Positions 58,147 through 64,000 of a DNA stretch of 64,000 nucleotides are shown here, piece after piece. The DNA lies in assembly GCA_963705675.1 (NCBI GenBank), contig CAVPKR010000155.1:1089-65088 (forward strand). Direction: 5' to 3'. The notes under the pieces are model-generated. The model was not told where the DNA came from. It did no database searches and saw nothing but the letters and a program-made list of their open reading frames with translations. The stretch comes from Terriglobia bacterium (GTDB taxonomy: Bacteria > Acidobacteriota > Terriglobia > Bryobacterales > Bryobacteraceae). Position 1 is the stretch's first letter; every line of letters starts with the position of its first letter. The translations under genes and the position numbers were made by a program.

Positions 58147-59657
58147 CCTGCTTGATCCTTCTTCAGCAACGGCGACTCGCTTCCCCGGTATCGCGGAACG
58201 CCGGTCAACACGCCTTCGAACTCTCGCAACGGCTCGCCGATTCCGACGCCATTCGAGCCCAGCCGCATTTCCCGAATCGTGCGCTCATGCGCGCTGCGTC
58301 TTTTTTTCACCACCGAAATCGCCTGCCTCACTTCGCCCATGGCCTCGAAAAAGCGCAGCAAAATCACGGTGTCCGCGAGAAAACTCACGTCGATGGGAGT
58401 CTGCATCGCCGGACCCAGCATGCCGTGCTGCGCCATCACCATCAGCGAAAGGACGTCTTTCCTGCCTAGATAGCTGAGCAGCTCATGCATTTGAATCAGC
58501 AGCGACCGTTCGCTGGGCATGGCGTTGAGGTAGCCGTTCAGACTGTCGATCACAATCATTTTCGCGCCGCGATCTTCGACGCACTCACAAACGCGATGGG
58601 CAAACTCACCGGGAGACAACGTGGCCGGATCCACCGGGTGCAACTGGAGCAGTCCCGAATCCAGATACGGCTTGAAGTCCATCCCCATTCCGGCCGCCCG
58701 TTCGAGAAAAGTCCTTTGGCTCTCTTCAAACATGAAGGAAGCCGCGACTTCGCCGCGAAGCAAAGCCGCCATAACGTACTGCGAGGTGAGCGTGGTCTTT
58801 CCGCAGCCGGCTGGCCCCAGGATCAACGTACTGGTGCCTCGATCCAGCCCGCCTCCTAACAGCGCGTCGAGTTCCTGAACGCCGCTGTCAATGGTCTCAT
58901 TCGGTTGAAGGTCATGTTGCAACACTCGCGACAGCCTGGGGTAAACTTCCAGGCCCCCGGTGCGAATCTGAAAATCGTGCGATCCGTCGTGAAACCGCAC
59001 CCCTCGCATCTTCACGATGTGGATCTGACGCCGCGTGTCGCCGTATTCACGGGTTTCCCGTTGCATCCGGATCACCCCATGGGCGATACTCTGCAACTGC
59101 TGCTGATTCTCTTTATTGGTGCGGTCGTCCAGCACCAGCACGGTACATCCGCGGCCCGCGAAGAACTGCTTCAGGCCCAGAATCTCCCGCCGGTAGCGAG
59201 CATTGGTTTCAGACAGAATCTTAAGCTCTGATACCGAATCGAGCACCACCCGCTTCGGGCTCAGATTTTCCACGGTGCCTTGGATCTTCTTGATGGTTTC
59301 GCCCAATTCAACGTCCGCAGGATGGTAGACCGTGTAATCCAGCTCGTGTTGCAGACGCTCGCCCAGCGACCCAAGCTCCAGCAAATTCAACCCGTCGAGC
59401 GACCAGCCGTGAGACCGGGCGACCTCGGTCAGCTCGTCCGTCGTCTCCGACAGCGTCACATAGAGGGAGGGCTCATTCTCGCGGACACCTTCCAGCAGGA
59501 ATTGCATGGCGAGAGTCGTCTTCCCGGACCCTGGATCTCCCTCTATTACATATAGATGGTTGCGAGGCAGACCACCCCGAAGAATAGAATCCAGCCCGTC
59601 CACTCCGGTCTTGGCGCGCAGCGGACCCGCCTGCCGGACATGCTTCGCTTCGCTCAC
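58143..59657 (-). CDS. kaiC: KaiC-like double-domain RecA-superfamily ATPase
   Basis: There are two Walker A motifs (VIEGDPGSGKTTLAMQF and LILGPAGCGKTTLTSQY). The N-terminus is GVDGLDSILRGGLPRNHLY. The length is about 500 aa. Confidence 0.85.
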   Translation of the reverse strand: MSEAKHVRQAGPLRAKTGVDGLDSILRGGLPRNHLYVIEGDPGSGKTTLAMQFLLEGVRENEPSLYVTLSETTDELTEVARSHGWSLDGLNLLELGSLGERLQHELDYTVYHPADVELGETIKKIQGTVENLSPKRVVLDSVSELKILSETNARYRREILGLKQFFAGRGCTVLVLDDRTNKENQQQLQSIAHGVIRMQRETREYGDTRRQIHIVKMRGVRFHDGSHDFQIRTGGLEVYPRLSRVLQHDLQPNETIDSGVQELDALLGGGLDRGTSTLILGPAGCGKTTLTSQYVMAALLRGEVAASFMFEESQRTFLERAAGMGMDFKPYLDSGLLQLHPVDPATLSPGEFAHRVCECVEDRGAKMIVIDSLNGYLNAMPSERSLLIQMHELLSYLGRKDVLSLMVMAQHGMLGPAMQTPIDVSFLADTVILLRFFEAMGEVRQAISVVKKRRSAHERTIREMRLGSNGVGIGEPLREFEGVLTGVPRYRGSESPLLKKDQAG

Positions 59658-59789
59658 TGGTAGTCGTCTCCTTGGGTTTGATTCTAAAGAGCCCCGAACG
59701 TTACATGTCGCGTCTAAAGCCGGCGGTAGAGTGAACTCGTCCCATCGCCCAAGGGGGCTATGGCGTTCGGTCTTCGGCGCGAAAAAGCC

Positions 59790-60581
59790 CTAGTTCGCGG
59801 TGGCCTTCTCCGCCGAATCGATCACAATCACGTCGACCGGTCCTTTGCCCTTGGTCAGCTTTAGACCCGCCTGTTCTTGTAGCGCGGTAAAAAGCGAAGG
59901 CGATGCAGCGTCATCCGGCAGGGCGACTCCGGGAGTCAGGTTGGGATCGGGAGCGAACGCAATGGTGATGTTATACAGGCCGGTCAGCCCGCTTTTATCC
60001 ACCACCGTGCATCCCAGCAATGTTGAAAGACGATCCGCCAACTGGCTGATGCGCGCCCTCTGCCCGTGAATCCACGCCGCCCGAGGATTCAGATTCACAA
60101 CCCCGCATGGAGTACCGTTGGACAGAGCAGCCTGCGGCGAGGCGGTGCTCGCGCAATCCCCTTCCGGCGCTTTTACCAGCCCGGAACCTCCAGGCACACC
60201 GCCTTTGGCCGGCATCAGCGTGTAAGTCTGCAATTCCCGCGGCTCCTTGTGAACTTTCAACTTGAACCGGTCTTCGATCAGGCTCTGCAACATCAACCTG
60301 AGCTCCGGCAAAGCGACCGGGTGGCCTGCCCTCGCATCGATGTCGTATCGTTCGGAGTCGAGCCAGTTGATATTTCCGAAAATCTGAAAATCCGTAACGC
60401 TGTAGGCCACAGCGATGAAGCGTCTCAACGGAACATTCGTGCCTTCAATCTTGCCGCCGGGCATGGCAGCCATTCCGATTCCTTTGCCGCCAGGATTCGG
60501 TTTCAGCGACGCGACCTCAAATTCGGGGCGCTGCGCACAGGCCGACGCTGCGAACAAAATCGACAGTACGAATGTCTTCAT
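59790..60581 (-). CDS. TIGR03435-family secreted protein (Acidobacteria-associated)
   Basis: The signal peptide is followed by RPEFEVASLKPNPGG.... The C-terminus is ...GPVDVIVIDSAEKATAN. The ATG overlaps the upstream kinase stop as ATGA. Confidence 0.75.
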   Translation of the reverse strand: MKTFVLSILFAASACAQRPEFEVASLKPNPGGKGIGMAAMPGGKIEGTNVPLRRFIAVAYSVTDFQIFGNINWLDSERYDIDARAGHPVALPELRLMLQSLIEDRFKLKVHKEPRELQTYTLMPAKGGVPGGSGLVKAPEGDCASTASPQAALSNGTPCGVVNLNPRAAWIHGQRARISQLADRLSTLLGCTVVDKSGLTGLYNITIAFAPDPNLTPGVALPDDAASPSLFTALQEQAGLKLTKGKGPVDVIVIDSAEKATAN

Positions 60582-63130
60582 GGACCATCCTTCCTCGTGA
60601 GAGCCATCTTAACCTGCTCCGCCAGTTGCGAGGCGGCATAGGGTTTTTGAACGAAACCCGCCAGGCCTTGATCTGCCAGTCGGCGCGTTGCCTCCACTTC
60701 GCTGTATCCGCTCGAAAGGATCACCGGCAGGTCCGGCCGGATCGCCTTCAAATGCTTCAGTGTCTCCTCGCCGGACATGACCGGCATGGTCATATCCAAC
60801 AGAACCAGAGAAACTGACCCGTTCAGCTTCCCGACCAGGTCGATTCCCTCTTTGCCGTTTTCCGCGACCGTCACCGTATAGCCATAATGCTCCAGCACGG
60901 ATCTGGCGGTGCGTCGAACCAGTTCTTCGTCGTCGATCACGAGAATGGTTCCGCTGCCGTTCAGATCCTGCTCATTCAGATCGCGCGGCCTTTCGACCAC
61001 CTCGCCCTTGCCCGCGGGAAACAGAACCCGGAAATCGCTTCCCTTGCCAAGTTCGCTGTAAACCTTCAGCGCCCCCTTGTGGCCGCGGACAATCCCCATT
61101 GCCGCCGCCAGACCCAGGCCGCGTCCCGCAAACTTGGTCGTGAAGAAAGGATCGAAAATCCTGGTGACCGTCGTCTCGCTCATACCCGATCCGGTGTCGC
61201 TGACATCCAGCATCACGTAGTTTCCGGGTGAGATCTGGTCGCCGGTGAAGGTCTGCTGGATGTAAATTTCATCTACCTTCTGAATGCCGGTCGTGACCAC
61301 CACGGTGCCGGTCTTCCCTTCCCCGATCGCTTCGGCGGCATTGATCACCAGGTTCATCACCAGTTGCTGGATCTGCGACGCGTCGCCTTCCACCATGGGC
61401 AAATTGGGCGCCAATTGCAGCCGCAAATCGACCGTCCTCGGAATGGAGCTCTCGATCAATTTGCTGATTTCCCGCACGAGCCGGGAAAGATCCAGCGGTT
61501 CGATCACAAAACGGCCCTTTCCTGCGTAAGCGAGGAGTTGCTGGGTCAGAGCACCGGCGCGCCCGGCGGCGTTCATCACATCCTGCAAGCTGGCGCGCAT
61601 GGGACTTTCCTCGGGAACATCTTCCAGTAGAATACTGGCGTTGCCGATGATGCCGGTGAGTAAGTTATTAAAATCATGAGCGATTCCTCCGGCCAGCAAC
61701 CCGAGACTTTCCAGCTTCTGAGTCTGCTGAAGACGCTCCTGGAAGCGTTTCCGCTCCGTCACATCACGCCCGAAAACCGCCAGGCCGTCGCGCGTCGGAT
61801 AGGCGCGGACCTCAAACCAGGTTTCGAGCGGCGCATAATAATGCTCCAACTGCACCGGTGTGATGGCCGCGCGATGCAACTCGGCTCGAATCGTCTTGCT
61901 GAGCCCGCGCGGAACCAGCTCCCACAGCTTTTTCCCGACCAGTTGTTCCCGCGGGGTTCGGGTCAAGGCGACGGCTTTCTCATTGACATAAATACAGATC
62001 AGATCGCGATTGAACGCGAAGAAGCCTTCACTGATGCTCTCAAGGATGTTGCTGATCTGTTCGGTCGACTTCAGCAATTCCGTGCGCGACTCTTTTAGGG
62101 ATTTGGCCATCGCCTCGAACGCGCGCGCGAACGTCTGTACTTCAGCCGGCCCGCGAATGGGCACGGCGGTATCGTAATCTCCGGCTTGCAGCAAACGAGC
62201 CCGATTGCTCAACTGATTCATCGGGCGCGTGACCAGTTGCGCGAACAGCAAAGAGCACGTGATCGCCAGCACGGCCAGCCACGCGGACACGCCCGCGACC
62301 CGAGCTCTCAGCGCGGCGGTGGGAGCGAAGGCCTCCGCCTGGTCGATTTGCGCAATGACGCACGCGCCTGCCACCTCCGGCAGAGGTCGAAATCCATGAA
62401 TGGCGGCAACACCGCGATAATCTTTATCCAATACCTCGCCGCCAGATCCCGAAGAACACTGCTCCAGGGCACGTTCGCCCGGCAAATGCCCCATCGAATC
62501 CCCGCCATACTTCGGCGGCGTGAGGAATTGCCCCGCCGCGTCCGTCAGGAACGTTTCACCCGATTGGCCGAGTCCATATCGATTCCGGAAAATCTGATTC
62601 ACGGGCCGCATATCGCCGCGCAGAATCAGCACGGCTTGGCCGTCCTCCGATTCCGCGCGCGCGACCATGACGTAATAGGGCTGCCGCTTGGCATCCAAAT
62701 CGAACCGCGCAATTTGATTTGCGACTGGAAGTCTGACTTGCGATAAAGCCGCGCCGCCTGGTCCCACCACAATCGGAGCTCGTCCTTTATAAACAAACCG
62801 AACCGCGGTCGCGCCCCCGGTTGCCACGAAATCCCTGAGCACTTTCTTCAAGCACCAGGTCTCGTCGGGCGCGCACCCGAGACTGGCCGTGGTAAGAAGC
62901 GCATTTGCGCGAGCTTTCTGCTCCGTAAGCACGATCAACAGGGCTTGTCTGCGTGCATTAGCGGCAATGCCCACCTCGCGCACTGCCCCGCCCTGAATGA
63001 TGGCGCGGAGGCTGGTGTAGGCGATCGATCCCAGGCTGGCTGTAGCTACTAGTACCAGCGCACAGAGCAGCAGGATCAGCTCAGTCCGTAAGGAAAGAGT
63101 TCCGCGAAGAGAATGGCTTTTCGGCGTCAC
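60578..63130 (-). CDS. Hybrid sensor histidine kinase (extracytoplasmic Cache-like domain, HAMP, PAS, HisKA, HATPase_c, receiver)
   Basis: The H-box is LAGGIAHDFNNLLTGI. HATPase motifs are NLVINAAEAI, VSDTGSGM, GRGLGLAAAMGIV. The C-terminal receiver is ILVIDDEELVRR...VLLDMTMPVMSGEE...SGY. Confidence 0.9.
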   Translation of the reverse strand: MTPKSHSLRGTLSLRTELILLLCALVLVATASLGSIAYTSLRAIIQGGAVREVGIAANARRQALLIVLTEQKARANALLTTASLGCAPDETWCLKKVLRDFVATGGATAVRFVYKGRAPIVVGPGGAALSQVRLPVANQIARFDLDAKRQPYYVMVARAESEDGQAVLILRGDMRPVNQIFRNRYGLGQSGETFLTDAAGQFLTPPKYGGDSMGHLPGERALEQCSSGSGGEVLDKDYRGVAAIHGFRPLPEVAGACVIAQIDQAEAFAPTAALRARVAGVSAWLAVLAITCSLLFAQLVTRPMNQLSNRARLLQAGDYDTAVPIRGPAEVQTFARAFEAMAKSLKESRTELLKSTEQISNILESISEGFFAFNRDLICIYVNEKAVALTRTPREQLVGKKLWELVPRGLSKTIRAELHRAAITPVQLEHYYAPLETWFEVRAYPTRDGLAVFGRDVTERKRFQERLQQTQKLESLGLLAGGIAHDFNNLLTGIIGNASILLEDVPEESPMRASLQDVMNAAGRAGALTQQLLAYAGKGRFVIEPLDLSRLVREISKLIESSIPRTVDLRLQLAPNLPMVEGDASQIQQLVMNLVINAAEAIGEGKTGTVVVTTGIQKVDEIYIQQTFTGDQISPGNYVMLDVSDTGSGMSETTVTRIFDPFFTTKFAGRGLGLAAAMGIVRGHKGALKVYSELGKGSDFRVLFPAGKGEVVERPRDLNEQDLNGSGTILVIDDEELVRRTARSVLEHYGYTVTVAENGKEGIDLVGKLNGSVSLVLLDMTMPVMSGEETLKHLKAIRPDLPVILSSGYSEVEATRRLADQGLAGFVQKPYAASQLAEQVKMALTRKDGP

Positions 63131-63587
63131 GGATTTTTCCTACCTACGAACGCAAGTATACTACGCTATTTTTATCTAAACACGGGACTTGTGTTAGTCT
63201 CTGCGTCTCACGACTTGCATCCAAGGACCATCGGATTCGTTTAGTGGAGCTCCCCCGCTCGCTAACCCAGAACGGTAAGGGGCCGCATTGCCAAGCGGCC
63301 AAGATCGCCAACGTATCCCCCAGCGATAAGGGGACCAATGTTTGGTCAAGCACCGGTACTCGCCTATCGTCTCGCCCGAAGGCTTTTTAACGTTGCCGCG
63401 GAGTTGCCTAGGACTTCCGCTGCGCGGTGGACTGGAGGTCGATAAGTACGCCAGCCTCTCTGATTGCAAGTTACGGGATCAATTTACGGATGGGGGCGGG
63501 CGAAAGCTCTATGTGATTGATCACCTGGAGGATGGCGGACTCGGTACCCTGTCATGATGTCCGCGCCTTGACAGAGTTCGAGGCGGC

Positions 63588-64000
63588 TTAATCCTGCCGG
63601 AGCGCCACCACCGGATCGACCTTCATTGCACGCCTCGCAGGAATCCAGCAACCCAGCACTGCCGCAATCGCGAGGATAATCCCGGCCACCGCGAAACTGG
63701 CCGGATCGGTGGACGAAACGTTCGCCGCCAGGATGGTGCGGAGGATCCATGATGCCGAACGCCGCGACGGCCCCAACTGCCGAACCCGATTCCGAACTGT
63801 GCCATTCCTTACCCAATACCAGGCGGAGAATTTCTGTGGCACTGGCTCCCAGAGCCATGCGGACGCCGATCTCCTGAGTTCGTTGATTGACCGAGTGCTG
63901 TATACGCGTAGAGACCGATCGGAGCGACAACAAAGCGATCGCCGCGAAAATCGCGAACAGGCCGCCAAACACTCGATATTGCCAGTAATTTTGCGCTAGC
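63588..64000 (-). CDS. 3' end of a third ADOP-family MacB-like permease (partial at the window edge; about 3 frame changes between 63650 and 63800)
   Basis: FGGLFAIFAAIALL...SVNQRTQEIGVRMALGASATEILRLVLGK, then pieces in three frames, ending ...STDPASFAVAGIILAIAAVLGCWIPARRAMKVDPVVALRQD*. Confidence 0.75.

Noticed and set aside
63342-63557. The 71-aa ORF (…GGRKLYVIDHLEDGG…) as a gene
   Set aside because: It has no ribosome-binding site and no recognisable family. It overlaps equally plausible ORFs on the other strand. It is kept only as part of the unexplained spacer finding.
1-64000. tRNA, rRNA, tmRNA, RNase P or riboswitch genes in the intergenic regions
   Set aside because: I inspected the spacers longer than ~60 nt by eye: 5086-5239, 6754-6994, 16067-16235, 24616-24770, 36012-36159, 41825-42033, 51720-51864, 59658-59789 and 63131-63587. 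I found no cloverleaf-compatible sequence and no conserved cores such as the RNase P P4 helix or the tmRNA ends. A covariance-model scan is still needed.

Overview
This is a GC-rich bacterial chromosomal segment, most consistent with Acidobacteriota. It carries three ADOP/TIGR03434-type MacB-like permeases with the N-terminus (A/F)LRSLRKSPGF, one TIGR03435-type protein starting FEVASLKPN, and many LiaF-like/DUF4097 and FecR-type genes. I can support about 60 genes.

Gene content:
- Housekeeping: nrdR, rpoD, a class A PBP, cdd, an MtaD-like amidohydrolase, proline dehydrogenase, rmuC.
- An ECF sigma / anti-sigma operon.
- An OmpR-RR / CheY / porin / cupredoxin / histidine-kinase operon.
- A cluster of four GT-C membrane glycosyltransferase paralogs, with a GT2 enzyme, a methyltransferase and an orphan Flp pilin.
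- A signalling island: a KaiC-like ATPase, kinases, a CheB-CheR-PAS kinase fusion and a NarL-type regulator.

I found no rRNA, tRNA or CRISPR array by eye.

Most notable observations:
1. A near-perfect 5.4-copy 84-bp tandem array fills exactly one intergenic spacer inside the porin/cupredoxin/kinase operon.
2. A candidate UGSC-family selenoprotein has an in-frame TGA followed immediately by a SECIS-like hairpin. It sits next to a thioredoxin-fold fusion protein.
3. The GT-C cluster has a lone flp pilin gene embedded in it.
4. Two real-looking small ORFs fall below the ORF-track cutoff: a metallothionein-like protein and a LiaF-like membrane peptide.
5. At least 25 frame disruptions occur in otherwise well-conserved genes, including rpoD and the PBP. 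This most likely reflects indel errors in the sequence rather than biology. It means many ORF-track entries are fragments or artefactual fusions.

All family assignments come from motif recognition by eye and from memory. No searches were run.
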